A DNA stretch of 64,000 nt from Alphaproteobacteria bacterium (GCA_965216755.1 CBDCGL010000011.1:2848001-2912000); one strand, 5' to 3'. Positions 1 through 11,622 are shown, counted from the stretch's first letter. Translations and numbers: made by a program. The notes: a model not told the origin generated them from the sequence alone.

Positions 1-1030
1 TATCGTCGGTCCGCAAGCCACCATCCAAGACCGTCGCCACCGCCTTTTCAACCAAAGCCGCATCCTCGGGCAGGTCGAACGAATAGCGAAGCATCATGGC
101 GTACGACATCAGCATCGCGATCGGATTTGCCTTGCCCTGGCCGGCAATATCCGGCGCACTGCCGTGGACCGGCTCATACAAGGCGCGGCGACGGCCGGTC
201 GCATCCTCGGCGCCCAGCGACGCCGACGGTAACATGCCCAGCGAGCCGGTCAACATCGCCGCCACATCCGACAAGATATCGCCGAACAAATTGCCGGTCA
301 CCACCACGTCGAACTGTTTCGGCGCGCGCAGAAGCTGCATCGCCGCATTATCTGCATACATATGGTACAGCGGTATGTCAGCAAACTCGCGGTCGTGAAG
401 CGCCTGCATATCCTCGCGCCACATCAGCCCGCTTTCCATGACATTGGCCTTTTCAACTGAATGGACAAAGCCATTGCGTTTTTGCGCCAGCTCGAACGCG
501 ACGCGACCGACACGCTCGACTTCCTTGGTCGTATAGACTTCCGTATTGACGCCGCGCCGTGACCCGTCCGACCGGGTTTCGACACCACGCGGTTCGCCGA
601 AATAAATGCCGCCGGTCAGCTCACGCAAGATTATGATATCGAGGCCGCGGACCAACTCGGTCTTTAGGCTCGAGGCTTCGGCCAAGGCGTCGAAGACGAT
701 CGCCGGACGCAGATTTGCGAACAGGTCCATATCTTTGCGCAAACGCAACAAGCCCCGTTCCGGCTTGACCGCGAAGTCAAGATCATCCCATTTTGGCCCG
801 CCAACCGCGCCGAACAAGACAGCGTCGGCCTGCATCGCATCGTCCATGGTTTCGTCGGTGATCGGCGTACCGTATTTGTCATAGGCGATACCGCCGACCA
901 GGCCCTCCGTGACGTCAAACGTGACAGCCCGGCGCTTGTCGAACCACTCGATGACGCGGCGCACTTCGCCCATAACCTCGGGGCCGATCCCGTCGCCGGG
1001 CAACATCAACAAACGCTTATTACTGGCCAT
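1..1030 (-). CDS. leuB: 3-isopropylmalate dehydrogenase (partial, 3' end runs off the window)
   Basis: Hand translation from ATG at 1030 gives [20 protein letters not shown]; later [31 protein letters not shown] and [10 protein letters not shown] at the window edge. Lies downstream of leuCD. Absent from the ORF track because it has no stop in the window. Confidence 0.96.
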   Translation of the reverse strand, partial: MASNKRLLMLPGDGIGPEVMGEVRRVIEWFDKRRAVTFDVTEGLVGGIAYDKYGTPITDETMDDAMQADAVLFGAVGGPKWDDLDFAVKPERGLLRLRKDMDLFANLRPAIVFDALAEASSLKTELVRGLDIIILRELTGGIYFGEPRGVETRSDGSRRGVNTEVYTTKEVERVGRVAFELAQKRNGFVHSVEKANVMESGLMWREDMQALHDREFADIPLYHMYADNAAMQLLRAPKQFDVVVTGNLFGDILSDVAAMLTGSLGMLPSASLGAEDATGRRRALYEPVHGSAPDIAGQGKANPIAMLMSYAMMLRYSFDLPEDAALVEKAVATVLDGGLRTDD

Positions 1031-1072
1031 CCGTCACCCTCCCTTGTCAATCTGCGGCTGCATCCGACGCGC

Positions 1073-1684
1073 TCATCCGAACAACCACGGTTCCGCGCCG
1101 CGTTGCCTCTGCTCATAGCTGTCGATGTCCGTCGACTGCGCCATGGTGATGCCGATATCGTCCAAACCATTCAAAAGGCAATGTTTCCGAAACGGATCGA
1201 TGTCGAAGTTATAGACATCACCGTCGGGTGTCGTGATTTCTTGCGACTCCAAATCCACCGTAATGCGGGCATTGGCGCCACGGGCCGCCACCGCCATCAA
1301 GGCCTCGACCTGTTCCTCTGGCAAGGCGACCAACAAGATGCCGTTCTTGCCGGCATTGTTATAGAAGATATCGGCGAAACTGGGCGCGATCACGCAACGA
1401 ATGCCGAAGTCCAGCAGCGCCCATGGCGCGTGCTCGCGACTCGACCCGCAGCCGAAATTTCGCCCCGCGATCAGGATTTCGGCGCCGCGATAGGCCGACT
1501 TGTTCAGCACGAAGTCTGGCTTTTCCGCCCCGTCTGGCGTGAATCGTTCGTCATGGAACAAATGCTGGCCCAGGCCCGTGCGTTTGATTGTTTTCAAGAA
1601 CTGCTTGGGGATGATCCGGTCGGTATCGATATTGATCGCGCGCATCGGTGCGGCGATTCCGGTGAGCGTGCGAAACGGTTCCAT
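1073..1684 (-). CDS. leuD: 3-isopropylmalate dehydratase small subunit
   Basis: [29 protein letters not shown] and LLNGLDDIG motifs; start moved to MEPFRT. Confidence 0.97.
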   Translation of the reverse strand: MEPFRTLTGIAAPMRAINIDTDRIIPKQFLKTIKRTGLGQHLFHDERFTPDGAEKPDFVLNKSAYRGAEILIAGRNFGCGSSREHAPWALLDFGIRCVIAPSFADIFYNNAGKNGILLVALPEEQVEALMAVAARGANARITVDLESQEITTPDGDVYNFDIDPFRKHCLLNGLDDIGITMAQSTDIDSYEQRQRGAEPWLFG

Positions 1685-1717
1685 TGCAAAGCCCTTTGAC
1701 ACCTGAAGAATGTCGTT

Positions 1718-3127
1718 TTACGAAAGAAGGTCGCGAACGTCGGTCAAATGACCGGCCACCGCGGCGGCGGCCGCCATCGCCGGACTTACCAGGTGCGTGC
1801 GACCGCCACGACCCTGCCGGCCCTCGAAATTCCGATTTGACGTCGATGCACAGCGCTGCCCCGGCTCCAGCCGATCGGCGTTCATGGCCAGGCACATCGA
1901 GCAGCCAGGCTCGCGCCATTCGAAACCGGCTTCGACAAAGATCCGATCAAGCCCTTCTTCTTCGGCCTGGTGCTTGATCAAGCCCGAGCCCGGCACCACC
2001 ATGGCGCCGACGCCGTCGGCAACCTTACGGCCCCTAGCGACCGCGGCGGCCTCGCGCAGGTCTTCGATCCGGCTGTTGGTACACGAGCCGATGAACACGC
2101 GATCAACGTCGACTTCGGCCAAGGGCGTACCCGGCTTCAGGGCCATATAATCCAGCGCGCGTTGCATGGCATCGCGGCGTCCCTCATCACTTTCCGCGCC
2201 AGGGTCCGGCACCTGCCCCGTGATCGGCAATACATCCTGCGGGCTGGTGCCCCAGGTCACGTGCGGCACCAGCGCGGCCGCATCAAGCGTCACCTCACGG
2301 TCATAGCCGGCGCCCTGATCAGACGGCAGCGCCCGCCACGCCGTCACCGCCGCTTCCCACGTCGCCCCCTTGGGCGCCATGGGGCGACCCTTCAGAAACG
2401 CGAAAGTCTTTTCGTCGGGCGCGATCAAGCCGGCACGCGCACCGGCCTCGATCGACATATTGCACACTGTCATGCGCCCTTCCATCGACAGGGATTCGAT
2501 CGCCGGTCCGGCATATTCGATGACATGCCCCGTGGCCCCCGCGGTGCCGATCTTGCCGATAATCGACAGGATCACGTCCTTCGCGGTGACCCCGATCGGC
2601 AGACTGCCGCCAACCGCGACGCGCATCGACAGAGGCCGCTTCTGCAGCAGCGTCTGCGTGGCCAAGACATGCTCGACCTCGCTGGTGCCAATGCCAAACG
2701 CCAGGGCGCCGAAGGCGCCGTGGGTCGAGGTGTGGCTGTCGCCGCAAACAATCGTCGTGCCCGGCAAGGTGAACCCCTGTTCCGGGCCGATGACATGAAC
2801 AATGCCCTGGCGGATGTCGGTCACCGGCAAGTAAGGCACATCGAACAGCCGACAGTTTTCCTCCAATGTCTCGACTTGGATGCGGGCCGTCTCATCTTCG
2901 ATGCCCGCGGCCCTATTCAAGGTCGGGATATTGTGGTCGGCGACAGCGAGCGTCGCATCGGGCCGACGAACCGGGCGACCGGCCAGGCGCAGGCCTTCGA
3001 AGGCTTGCGGGCTGGTGACTTCATGGACCAGATGGCGATCGATATACAGGATGCACACACCATCGTCGCGAACATGCACGACGTGGCTGTCCCAAATCTT
3101 GTCGAATAATGTCCGAGGCTCGGCCAT
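1718..3127 (-). CDS. leuC: 3-isopropylmalate dehydratase large subunit
   Basis: [38 protein letters not shown] and [12 protein letters not shown] aconitase-family motifs. Confidence 0.98.
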   Translation of the reverse strand: MAEPRTLFDKIWDSHVVHVRDDGVCILYIDRHLVHEVTSPQAFEGLRLAGRPVRRPDATLAVADHNIPTLNRAAGIEDETARIQVETLEENCRLFDVPYLPVTDIRQGIVHVIGPEQGFTLPGTTIVCGDSHTSTHGAFGALAFGIGTSEVEHVLATQTLLQKRPLSMRVAVGGSLPIGVTAKDVILSIIGKIGTAGATGHVIEYAGPAIESLSMEGRMTVCNMSIEAGARAGLIAPDEKTFAFLKGRPMAPKGATWEAAVTAWRALPSDQGAGYDREVTLDAAALVPHVTWGTSPQDVLPITGQVPDPGAESDEGRRDAMQRALDYMALKPGTPLAEVDVDRVFIGSCTNSRIEDLREAAAVARGRKVADGVGAMVVPGSGLIKHQAEEEGLDRIFVEAGFEWREPGCSMCLAMNADRLEPGQRCASTSNRNFEGRQGRGGRTHLVSPAMAAAAAVAGHLTDVRDLLS

Positions 3128-3255
3128 TACCGTCGTCTCCCTTCGCTACATGGCCTGTCGTCCGCGACCACGTCCCGCGGTGCAGCACCCGGATATCCGA
3201 GGCCGCGATCGACGCCTTGACGCGACACCGCGCGTGCGCCGGTTGGAATCAGTTT

Positions 3256-3648
3256 TTATTTCGATGCGCGGGCAGACTTCGCCCCACGATCCTCACGCTT
3301 TTCACGAATGCGTGCCGCCTTCCCTGTACGGCCCCGCAAATAATAGAGCTTGGCACGCCGCACGACACCACGCCGCACCACCTTGATACTCTCGATCAGC
3401 GGTGAGTAGAGCGGAAATACACGCTCGACACCTTCGCCATAGCTGATCTTGCGCAACGTGAACGTGGAATTGACGCTGCGGTTCGAACGCGCGATGCACA
3501 CCCCCTCGAACGCTTGCAGGCGTTCGCGTGTGCCTTCGACGACGCGCACATTGACCCGCAATGTGTCACCCGGGGCGAAATCCGGCACCGAACGTGCGGC
3601 CGTTAGTTTCTCGATTTGCTCTTTTTCCAGCTGCTCGATGATATTCAT
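3256..3648 (-). CDS. rplS: 50S ribosomal protein L19
   Basis: [25 protein letters not shown] and RRAKLYYLR motifs; follows trmD. Confidence 0.98.
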   Translation of the reverse strand: MNIIEQLEKEQIEKLTAARSVPDFAPGDTLRVNVRVVEGTRERLQAFEGVCIARSNRSVNSTFTLRKISYGEGVERVFPLYSPLIESIKVVRRGVVRRAKLYYLRGRTGKAARIREKREDRGAKSARASK

Positions 3649-3676
3649 GACCACAATCCTCGTTCACGCCTGCCCG

Positions 3677-4441
3677 TCACCGGTCATCGCCTTGGCGCCG
3701 CAATCGGCGCGCCCATAAATCCGGTCGTCGCACACGTGTTGTGCGCGCGGCCTGGTCTCGCCGCCATGCGGCGATCTGGCCATGGTGCCCGGACAACAAT
3801 ATGTCCGGCACGGCTTGGCCCTCCCAAACGCGCGGCCGCGTATAGTGCGGATATTCGAGCAAGTCGCCCTCAAAGCTCTCTTGCGCCAATACCGCCGCAT
3901 CACCAACGACACCGGGAAGCAATCGCACACAGGCATCGACAAGCATCAATGCCGCGATCTCTCCACCCGATAAAACCACGTCGGCAACGCTGACTTCCTC
4001 CAAGCCGCGCGCGTCGATCACACGTTGATCGATGCCCTCGAAATGCCCGCATAGGACCATCACGTCGTCGCACGCCGCCAGGTGGCGTATGCGTGCTTGA
4101 TCCAGTGGCGCGCCCCGTGGCGTCAAACATAGCCGGGCCCACTGCCGACCCGCCGTCTTGACATCGGATTCGCCAAAACCTGGCGCGACTGAATCAATAG
4201 CGCGTGCAACGACGTCCGGCCGCAGCACCATACCTGGCCCGCCGCCGAACGGAGCGTCGTCAACAGACCGGTGTTTATCGCGCGCAAAGTCGCGAATGTC
4301 TACTGTTTCCAAGCACCACAATCCGGTTTTGAGGGCCTGACCGGCAAGGCTGAATGCCAGCGGTCCGGGAAACATCTGCGGATACAGCGTCAAAATGTGC
4401 GCGGTCCAGGGCCGACCAACGGTCGCCGCATCATTGCTCAT
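3677..4441 (-). CDS. trmD: tRNA (guanine-37-N1)-methyltransferase
   Basis: [33 protein letters not shown] and LEYPHYTRP motifs; start MSNDAA overlaps the rimM stop. Confidence 0.97.
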   Translation of the reverse strand: MSNDAATVGRPWTAHILTLYPQMFPGPLAFSLAGQALKTGLWCLETVDIRDFARDKHRSVDDAPFGGGPGMVLRPDVVARAIDSVAPGFGESDVKTAGRQWARLCLTPRGAPLDQARIRHLAACDDVMVLCGHFEGIDQRVIDARGLEEVSVADVVLSGGEIAALMLVDACVRLLPGVVGDAAVLAQESFEGDLLEYPHYTRPRVWEGQAVPDILLSGHHGQIAAWRRDQAARTTRVRRPDLWARRLRRQGDDR

Positions 4442-4958
4442 TGCGCAACCCCGGCGGCGGATCGACCACAATCCGTCCAGCCACAAGATCAACCACCGGA
4501 ACCACCTCGCGGGTGAACGGCACCATAAAATCGGCGCCATCGTCGGCCGCGATTTCGATCAGATCGCCGGCGCCAAAATTATGCAATCCGCCGACTTGCC
4601 CGACCCGGGCGCCGTCGGGCAGGGTCACGGCAAGACCGATCAAGTCGGCGTGGTAGAACTCATTGTCGTCGGTGTTCGGCAATGCCGCACGGTCAACGTA
4701 CAGGCGCTGGCCTTTGAGCGCCGATGCCGCATCGCGACTGTCGATCCCGTCGATCGTGGCAATGACCACCGTATTGCGTACAGTCTTGATGTTGAGTCGG
4801 ACCGGCGTACCACCTTGATCGGTGATGTCGCTCATCTGCGCCAAGCTCTCTGCGCTGTCGGCAAATACCTTCAATCGCAGCGCGCCGCGAACACCATGCG
4901 CCCCAGCAACCACGGCGACGCAAAGCCGTCGCGGCGACACGGCCCCAGGCGCCGTCAA
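4431..4958 (-). CDS. rimM: ribosome maturation factor RimM
   Basis: [31 protein letters not shown] and [12 protein letters not shown] motifs; between rpsP and trmD. The TTG start at 4958 is an estimate. Confidence 0.95.
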   Translation of the reverse strand: MTAPGAVSPRRLCVAVVAGAHGVRGALRLKVFADSAESLAQMSDITDQGGTPVRLNIKTVRNTVVIATIDGIDSRDAASALKGQRLYVDRAALPNTDDNEFYHADLIGLAVTLPDGARVGQVGGLHNFGAGDLIEIAADDGADFMVPFTREVVPVVDLVAGRIVVDPPPGLRNEQ

Positions 4959-4977
4959 CGGCGTATCGGGTCTGCAG

Positions 4978-5382
4978 CTAGCCTTCGGCGCTGGCGCTTT
5001 CGGCTTCACCGCTATCGCTCGCTTCAGCGGCTTCGGCCTGGGCCGCCGCAGCCGCCTCGCGCTGGGCGTCGAGCCGTGCCTGCGCCTTGGCCTTTGGCTT
5101 GCCCTTGTTTGGATTGTTGCGCGACTTGCGCGTGTACAGATCGGCCTGGTTTAGAAACCGCGCCACCCGGTCAGAAGGCGTCGCGCCATGGTCAAGCCAA
5201 TGTTTCACCCGCTCTGACTTGAGCGTGACGCGATCCGGATTGTCTTTCGGCAACAGCGGGTCATAGGTGCCAAGACGTTCCAGGAATCGACCGTCGCGAG
5301 GACTCCGCTTGTCGGCGACAACAATCCGATAAAATGGCCGTTTCTTGGCACCGGCGCGCGCCAAGCGAATTCTCAAACCCAT
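4978..5382 (-). CDS. rpsP: 30S ribosomal protein S16
   Basis: [38 protein letters not shown]. Confidence 0.98.
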   Translation of the reverse strand: MGLRIRLARAGAKKRPFYRIVVADKRSPRDGRFLERLGTYDPLLPKDNPDRVTLKSERVKHWLDHGATPSDRVARFLNQADLYTRKSRNNPNKGKPKAKAQARLDAQREAAAAAQAEAAEASDSGEAESASAEG

Positions 5383-5452
5383 TCACACTCTCCTCAAACC
5401 CAACTTCGCGCACAAAACTCGCATCACGGCCAGGCTGTCCGTGTCCGGTTTC

Positions 5453-6817
5453 CTAGTGCATCGAGAAACCTGGCGGCACGACCCCCGGCAAGCCGTGGCG
5501 CATCATGCCCTTGCGGCCCAGCTTCTTGGCCCGTTTCATCATTAACGCCATGTCTTTATACTGTTTCAGCAAGCGATTGACATCCTGCACGGTGGTCCCC
5601 GAACCTGCCGCGATACGTCGTTTACGCGAACCATTCAACAGTTTCACATTGCGCCGCTCGGCCCGGGTCATCGAACTGATGATCGCCTGCTGTCGCGCCA
5701 GGGCACGATCGTCGACCTTGGTCGCGGCCAGCTGCTTTTTGACCTTGGCGACCCCCGGCAGCATGCTCATCATGCCCTCCATACCGCCCATCTTGCGCAA
5801 TTGAGCAAGTTGCGAGGCCAAATCGTCCAAATCGAAGCTGCCCTTTTCCACCTTGGCGGCAAGCTTCTCCGCCTCTGCGCGATCGATCGTTTCGGCCGCT
5901 TTTTCGACCAGTGAGACAACATCGCCCATACCCAATATGCGCGAAGCGATACGTTCGGGATGGAAATCCTCCAACGCGTCGATTTTTTCGCCGGTGCCGA
6001 TCAACTTGATCGGACGCTGCGTCACCGCACGCATGCTGAGCGCCGCACCGCCGCGGCCGTCCCCGTCCATGCGCGACAACACGATACCGGTGACACCGAT
6101 CCGTTCGTCGAAGGTCTTGGCGATATTGACCGCGTCTTGACCGGTTAGGGCATCGGCAACCAACAGTGTTTCAGCCGGATGGGCGACGTCGCGCACGGCG
6201 ACAAGCTCCGCCATCAGTGCTTCGTCAACATGAAGCCGGCCGGCGGTGTCCAACAAAACCACGTCGTAGCCGGCCAACCGCCCTGCCTGCATCGCCCGTT
6301 CGGCGATCGCCAAAGGTTGCTCGCCGGCGACCACGGGCAAGGTGTCGATATCGGCCTGCTCGCCAAGTACAGCCAGCTGTTCCTGCGCGGCCGGCCGCCT
6401 GACGTCGAGCGATGCCATCAGTACTTTCTTCTTGTCGCGGCGGACCAGCCGGGCCGCGATCTTGGCGGTGGTCGTCGTTTTGCCCGACCCCTGCAGCCCG
6501 ACCATCATCACCGCGACCGGTGGCGCGGCCGCAAGATCCAGCCCGGTGCCTTCACCACCCAACATGTCGACCAAGTGATCGTTGACGACCTTGATCACCA
6601 TTTGCGCCGGCGTCACGCTGCGCAGCACTTCGGTGCCCAAGGCGCGCTCTTTGACACCGCCGACAAAGGTCTTGACCACGGGCAAGGCGACATCGGCTTC
6701 CAGCAAGGCCACGCGTACTTCGCGCAGGGCACTATTGACGTCGGCTTCGCTGAGCGCGCCACGCTTCTTTAGGCGATCGAAAATGTCGCCGAGGCGACCC
6801 GAAAGGGACTCGAACAT
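5453..6817 (-). CDS. ffh: signal recognition particle protein Ffh
   Basis: MFESLS start, GLQGSGKTTT, DTAGR and a Met-rich M domain (SRKRRIAAGSG). Confidence 0.98.
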   Translation of the reverse strand: MFESLSGRLGDIFDRLKKRGALSEADVNSALREVRVALLEADVALPVVKTFVGGVKERALGTEVLRSVTPAQMVIKVVNDHLVDMLGGEGTGLDLAAAPPVAVMMVGLQGSGKTTTTAKIAARLVRRDKKKVLMASLDVRRPAAQEQLAVLGEQADIDTLPVVAGEQPLAIAERAMQAGRLAGYDVVLLDTAGRLHVDEALMAELVAVRDVAHPAETLLVADALTGQDAVNIAKTFDERIGVTGIVLSRMDGDGRGGAALSMRAVTQRPIKLIGTGEKIDALEDFHPERIASRILGMGDVVSLVEKAAETIDRAEAEKLAAKVEKGSFDLDDLASQLAQLRKMGGMEGMMSMLPGVAKVKKQLAATKVDDRALARQQAIISSMTRAERRNVKLLNGSRKRRIAAGSGTTVQDVNRLLKQYKDMALMMKRAKKLGRKGMMRHGLPGVVPPGFSMH

Positions 6818-7008
6818 GCGTTTCCGCCAAGTGAAGGTCGATAGCCCAAGCACGGCACGCACGGGCTCTCGCGGCATCAAGCCAACGCGCACGGCTTTGG
6901 GAAGGTGGGCACATAGCGCCAATAGCCGGCCAAAGTCAAGGTCGCGGCGGCCGTCGCGATGCCTGATTTCGTTGGACGCAACAGCCGGCACGACCATATA
7001 ACCCGAAT

Positions 7009-7857
7009 ATGAGGCACGCCCCGACCATAACGGTGCCGTTCACGAAGATGCACGGCCTCGGCAATGATTTCGTGATCTTTGACGCGCGCGCAACGCCGAT
7101 GCGCCTGGATGACGGCCAAGCGCGCGGCTTGGCCGACCGGCATACCGGCATCGGTTGCGACCAGATCATCGTGATCGAGCCGGCAGCCACCGACGGCGCC
7201 GACGCCTTTATGCGCATTTACAACGCCGATGGCGGCGAGGTCGAGGCTTGCGGCAATGCGGCACGCTGTGTCGCCGACCTGCTGATGGCGGAAAGCGGCC
7301 GCAGCCAAGTGACTTTGGTCACCAGCAGCGGCACGGTGGTCGGTACGCGCGCCGTCGACGGCCTGGTCGCCATGGATATGGGCGAAGCCCGCTGTGATTG
7401 GGCGGATATTCCACTGGCAGCAGCACAGGACACGGCCCATGTGCAGCTGGCGGTCGATGGCCTCGAAGATCCGGTTGCGGTGAATATCGGCAATCCGCAC
7501 GCGGTGTTTTTCGTCAACGACGCCGACCGCGTGCCGCTGGCGACGGTCGGCCCACGGATCGAACATCACGCGCTTTTTCCGGAGCGCACCAATGTTGAGA
7601 TCGTGGCCGTGGCGGCACGCGATCATCTGCGCATGCGGGTTTGGGAGCGCGGCGTCGGCATTACCAAAGCCTGCGGCACCGGCGCCTGCGCCGCCCTCGT
7701 GGCCGCGCATCGTCGTGGCCTGGCCGAGCGGCGCGCGATCGTGACACTCGACGGCGGTCCGCTCGAGATTTTCTGGCGCGACGACAATCACGTCATCATG
7801 ACCGGACCGGCGGCGACGGCTTTTGTCGGCGCGGTGACCGTGACCCAGCAAGTTTGA
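7009..7857 (+). CDS. dapF: diaminopimelate epimerase
   Basis: FTKMHGLGNDF, EACGNAARC, GNPHAV and ERGVGITKACGTGAC motifs. Confidence 0.97.
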   Translation: MRHAPTITVPFTKMHGLGNDFVIFDARATPMRLDDGQARGLADRHTGIGCDQIIVIEPAATDGADAFMRIYNADGGEVEACGNAARCVADLLMAESGRSQVTLVTSSGTVVGTRAVDGLVAMDMGEARCDWADIPLAAAQDTAHVQLAVDGLEDPVAVNIGNPHAVFFVNDADRVPLATVGPRIEHHALFPERTNVEIVAVAARDHLRMRVWERGVGITKACGTGACAALVAAHRRGLAERRAIVTLDGGPLEIFWRDDNHVIMTGPAATAFVGAVTVTQQV

Positions 7858-7860
7858 GCG

Positions 7861-9108
7861 ATGGCCGCGCTTGACGTGATCACCTTCGGCTGTCGGCTCA
7901 ACAGCTATGAGTCGGAGATCATGCGCGATCATGCGCGACACAGGCCATCTCGCGCGCCGACCGTGATCGTCAATACCTGCGCCGTGACCGCGGAGGCCGA
8001 ACGCCAAGCGCGACAAGCCATACGGCGCGCCCGTCGCGCGCGACCTGAAGCCCGCATCGTGGTCACCGGTTGCGCGGCCCAAATCAATCCCGATCGCTTC
8101 GCCGCCATGCCCGAGGTCGACCAAGTGCTCGGCAATCAAGAAAAGTTGGCACCCTTGGCGTTCGCCGAACCCGCGCCGACGCGTGTGCTGGTCAACGACA
8201 TTATGGCCGTCACGGAAACAGCCGCGCATCTTGTGCCGGGCTTCGATGGCCGCGCGCGCGCTTTTGTCCAAGTCCAGAATGGCTGCGACCATCGCTGCAC
8301 ATTTTGTGTGATCCCTTATGGCCGCGGTCCAAGCCGCAGCGTGCCCTTGGGCGCGATTGTCGCGGAGACACGCAAACTGGTCGCTGACGGCTATAAGGAA
8401 ATCGTGCTGACCGGCGTCGACATCACCTCTTACGGGGGTGACTTGCCTGGGAAACCAGGGCTTGGCCAATTGGTGCGGCGGCTGCTGAAGGCGGTGCCAG
8501 ATCTGCCGCAATTGCGGCTCAGCTCTTTAGATCCGGCGGCCATCTCGGCCGACCTGATTGACGCTTTTGCAGCGCAGCCGCGGCTGATGCCACACATTCA
8601 TATGAGCGTTCAATCGGGCGATGATCTGATCCTCAAACGCATGAAGCGGCGTCACAGCCGTGCCGATGTCATCGCGTTGTGCGCGCGCCTACGCGAAGCC
8701 CGACCCGCGATCGTTTTTGGCGCCGATATCATCGCCGGTTTTCCAACCGAGAGCGACGCCATGTTCAGCCAAACGGAAGATTTGCTGGCCCGTTGCGGCT
8801 TCATCCATCTGCATGTCTTCCCCTACTCGCCGCGCCCAGATACAGCGGCCGCGCGCATGCCGCAGGTTGCACGCGCGCTCGCCCGTCGGCGTGCGACATG
8901 CCTGCGCGCGTTCGCTGAAACGGCATTGGCGCGCCATGCCCGGGCCCAGATCGGCCAAACCACGCGTGTCTTGGTGGAGAAGGATCGGCGCGCGCGAACA
9001 CGCGACTACCTGCCCGTGCAGCTTGTCGCCCCCCGGCAGGACGGCAGCTTGGTTGACGCCCATATTGTCGACGCCGTGCCGGACCACCTCATTGCAATCC
9101 CTCTGTAA
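7861..9108 (+). CDS. mtaB: tRNA t6A methylthiotransferase (radical SAM)
   Basis: TFGCRLN, NTCAVT and GCDHRCTFC (CxxxCxxC) motifs; conserved dapF-mtaB-ftsY synteny. Confidence 0.93.
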   Translation: MAALDVITFGCRLNSYESEIMRDHARHRPSRAPTVIVNTCAVTAEAERQARQAIRRARRARPEARIVVTGCAAQINPDRFAAMPEVDQVLGNQEKLAPLAFAEPAPTRVLVNDIMAVTETAAHLVPGFDGRARAFVQVQNGCDHRCTFCVIPYGRGPSRSVPLGAIVAETRKLVADGYKEIVLTGVDITSYGGDLPGKPGLGQLVRRLLKAVPDLPQLRLSSLDPAAISADLIDAFAAQPRLMPHIHMSVQSGDDLILKRMKRRHSRADVIALCARLREARPAIVFGADIIAGFPTESDAMFSQTEDLLARCGFIHLHVFPYSPRPDTAAARMPQVARALARRRATCLRAFAETALARHARAQIGQTTRVLVEKDRRARTRDYLPVQLVAPRQDGSLVDAHIVDAVPDHLIAIPL

Positions 9109-9118
9109 GCGAAATCAC

Positions 9119-10084
9119 GTGAGCGAGACCACCGCACCCCCTGAGAAAACCGGCTGGCTCGGCCGCTTGCGCCGCGGGCTGAGCCGCTCTGCGCAAGCCA
9201 TCACCGGCGGCATCGACAACATCTTCGCCAAACGCCGACTCGACGACGACGCGCTTGAAGCCTTGGAAGAACTTCTGATCACCGCCGATTTGGGCGCGAG
9301 CACCGCCGCGAAATTGACCGACGGCTTGTCAGAGGTAAAATTTGACAAAGATGTTTCGCCTGCCGCCGTTCGTGCGCGCTTGGCCACTGATATTGCCGCC
9401 ATCCTGGAGCCGGTCGCGCAGCCGCTGTCGATTGATCCAGCGCACCGTCCGCACGTGATCTTGGTGGTCGGCGTCAACGGCACCGGCAAGACAACGACCA
9501 TCGGCAAGCTCGCTCATCAATTTCGCAATCAGGGCCGCTCCGTGACGCTCGTCGCCGGCGATACTTTTCGCGCCGCGGCCGTTGAGCAACTGAAAACCTG
9601 GGGCGCGCGTGCCGGCTGCGCGGTTGTTGCCGGTCAACAGGAAGCCGACGCGGCCGGTTTGGCCTATGGCGCCCTAGAGACGGCCCGCGCCGAAGGGACC
9701 GACATCTTATTGATCGACACCGCCGGGCGCCTTCAAAACAAAGCGAACCTGATGGCCGAATTGGAGAAGATCAACCGCGTGTTGGGCAAATTGGACCCCA
9801 ACGCGCCGCACAGTGTTTTGCTGGTGCTCGATTCGACCACCGGCCAGAACGCCCACAGCCAAGTCGAAATATTCCGCAACATGGTCGGCGTGACCGGACT
9901 GGTGGTGACCAAGCTCGACGGATCGGCGCGCGGCGGCGTGGTGGTGGCGCTGGCCGATCGGTTTGGCCTGCCCGTTCATGCGGTCGGCGTTGGCGAAGGC
10001 ATTGACGATTTGCGACCGTTTTCGGCCACGGCGTTTGCCGCCGACTTGGTCGGCTTGGAGACCGCAGACGAGGTGGGCGTCTAG
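9119..10084 (+). CDS. ftsY: SRP receptor FtsY
   Basis: GVNGTGKTTTIGK, DTFRAAA, DTAGRL and TKLDGSARGG motifs; GTG start at 9119 inferred. Confidence 0.97.
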   Translation: MSETTAPPEKTGWLGRLRRGLSRSAQAITGGIDNIFAKRRLDDDALEALEELLITADLGASTAAKLTDGLSEVKFDKDVSPAAVRARLATDIAAILEPVAQPLSIDPAHRPHVILVVGVNGTGKTTTIGKLAHQFRNQGRSVTLVAGDTFRAAAVEQLKTWGARAGCAVVAGQQEADAAGLAYGALETARAEGTDILLIDTAGRLQNKANLMAELEKINRVLGKLDPNAPHSVLLVLDSTTGQNAHSQVEIFRNMVGVTGLVVTKLDGSARGGVVVALADRFGLPVHAVGVGEGIDDLRPFSATAFAADLVGLETADEVGV

Positions 10085-10086
10085 CC

Positions 10087-10635
10087 GTGGCCGCAATCAT
10101 CAAGCTGCTGCTCGAAGTTGGCCCGTTGGTGGTGTTCTTTTTTGCCAATGCGCGCTACGGCATCATGACGGCGACCGCGGCGTTCATGATCGCGACCGCC
10201 ATCGCCGTACCGGCGGCGTGGTTCCTACAGCGTCGCGTGCCGGTGATGCCGCTGGTTTCCGGTGTGTTCGTACTGGGATTTGGCGGCCTGACCCTGGCGC
10301 TTGACGACGAAACGTTCATCAAACTCAAGCCCACCATCGTCAATCTGCTGTTCGCCGCGATCTTGTTCGGCGGCTTGCTGTTTCGCACCCCGTTGCTTAA
10401 ACCATTGTTTGGCCCCGTATTCCAATTGTCCGATGAGGGGTGGCGGACTTTGACCATTCGCTGGGGTTTGTTTTTTGTTGTCTTGGCGGCATTGAACGAG
10501 TTGGTCTGGCGCACCCAGACAACCGAGTTTTGGATCCAATTCAAGCTGTTCGGGATTATCCCGCTGACCTTGCTTTTTTCCATGAGCCAAGTGCCGCTGA
10601 TTAACCGGCATCGCACCGATGAAGACCCGGCTTGA
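10087..10635 (+). CDS. yciB: inner membrane septation protein A (YciB/IspZ)
   Basis: FIKLKPTIVN, LNELVWR and WIQFKLFG motifs; hydrophobic; follows ftsY. Confidence 0.92.
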   Translation: MAAIIKLLLEVGPLVVFFFANARYGIMTATAAFMIATAIAVPAAWFLQRRVPVMPLVSGVFVLGFGGLTLALDDETFIKLKPTIVNLLFAAILFGGLLFRTPLLKPLFGPVFQLSDEGWRTLTIRWGLFFVVLAALNELVWRTQTTEFWIQFKLFGIIPLTLLFSMSQVPLINRHRTDEDPA

Positions 10636-11029
10636 CCAGATCGGATTCGGCTGGCCCGTCGGCGCGCGGTTGGCGCAAGCGCTGCTGGCGGCTGTCGCGG
10701 TTATGGGAGCCACCCAAACCCTGGCTGATGAGCCGGCCGAAATCGTCGCTGGCAAGCGGATTTTCTCGGTGCATTGTGCGTCGTGCCATGGTCTCAACGG
10801 CACCGGTGGCGCCGGCCCGAACCTGACCGACGAAGCCAGCATTTTCGGCAATGGCTATTACGATATTTTCGATGTCGTCTTGAACGGCGTCAAAGACAAG
10901 CCGATGGAGTCATGGCGCGATCGGCTGACGGTTGCCGAGATCGAGCAGGTGACCGCCTATATCGTCAGTCTGCACGGGTCGCGGCCGGGCGCCAAACCAG
11001 CGACCAATCCGCTGCGCTATCGCATGTGA
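10619..11029 (+). CDS. periplasmic monoheme c-type cytochrome (CcoP/c6-like domain)
   Basis: Signal peptide, CASCH heme motif, GPNLTD and a distal Met (KPMESW). Confidence 0.85.
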   Translation: MKTRLDQIGFGWPVGARLAQALLAAVAVMGATQTLADEPAEIVAGKRIFSVHCASCHGLNGTGGAGPNLTDEASIFGNGYYDIFDVVLNGVKDKPMESWRDRLTVAEIEQVTAYIVSLHGSRPGAKPATNPLRYRM

Positions 11030-11042
11030 TTACCGCGGTCGG

Positions 11043-11615
11043 CTAAAGACCGCCTTGCGAGAAATTACCGCGCGCCCCGGGCGGATTGCTGTGCGTCGTG
11101 AGATCGCCGGTGGTGCGCGCCTCGCGATCGTGTTCCAACGCCCAGCGCACGGTGGGAAAGGCGAGATCGTCCCACGGCACTTGGTCCCACGTCAGCAAAG
11201 CGACCTCCAAGCTCTCGACGCCCGGCGCCGTGTTTGGCGAGACCAGATCGGCGGCGTAGATGAGCTGCACTTGGCTGATGCGCGGCACACTATAGACCGC
11301 CAACAAATGGTTGATGTCGATTTCGGCGTTGGCTTCTTCGCGAGCCTCGCGCATAGCGGCTTCGGGTGCGGTCTCGCCGAGTTCCATATAGCCGGCGGGG
11401 ATCGTCCAATAGCCGCGCCGTGGCTCGATCGCCCGCCGGCACATCAATATCCGGTCTTGCCATCGGCACACCGAGCCGGCAACCACCAAGGGATTGCGAT
11501 AGTGGACAAAGCCGCATTCGGGGCACACGCGACGCGGCCGATTATCGCCATCGGGCACCATTTCCACGCGCGGACCATGGCCAGGCGGCGTGGGTGGTTT
11601 TTCTGTCGCGGCCAT
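11043..11615 (-). CDS. Nudix hydrolase with N-terminal zinc ribbon
   Basis: CPECGFVHYRNP and Nudix box GYMELGETAPEAAMREAREE. Confidence 0.92.
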   Translation of the reverse strand: MAATEKPPTPPGHGPRVEMVPDGDNRPRRVCPECGFVHYRNPLVVAGSVCRWQDRILMCRRAIEPRRGYWTIPAGYMELGETAPEAAMREAREEANAEIDINHLLAVYSVPRISQVQLIYAADLVSPNTAPGVESLEVALLTWDQVPWDDLAFPTVRWALEHDREARTTGDLTTHSNPPGARGNFSQGGL

Positions 11616-11622
11616 AGCCCCA

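Noticed and set aside
3128-3255. Possible leucine attenuator upstream of leuC
   Set aside because: No Leu-rich leader peptide or U-tailed terminator could be found.
6877-8511. 544-aa minus-strand ORF, and similar long ORFs such as 1970-3109, 31686-32750, 48865-50589, 51396-53174, 54233-56125 and 59355-60854
   Set aside because: Antisense shadows of well-supported genes; stop-poor frames are expected at high GC and these have no recognisable motifs.
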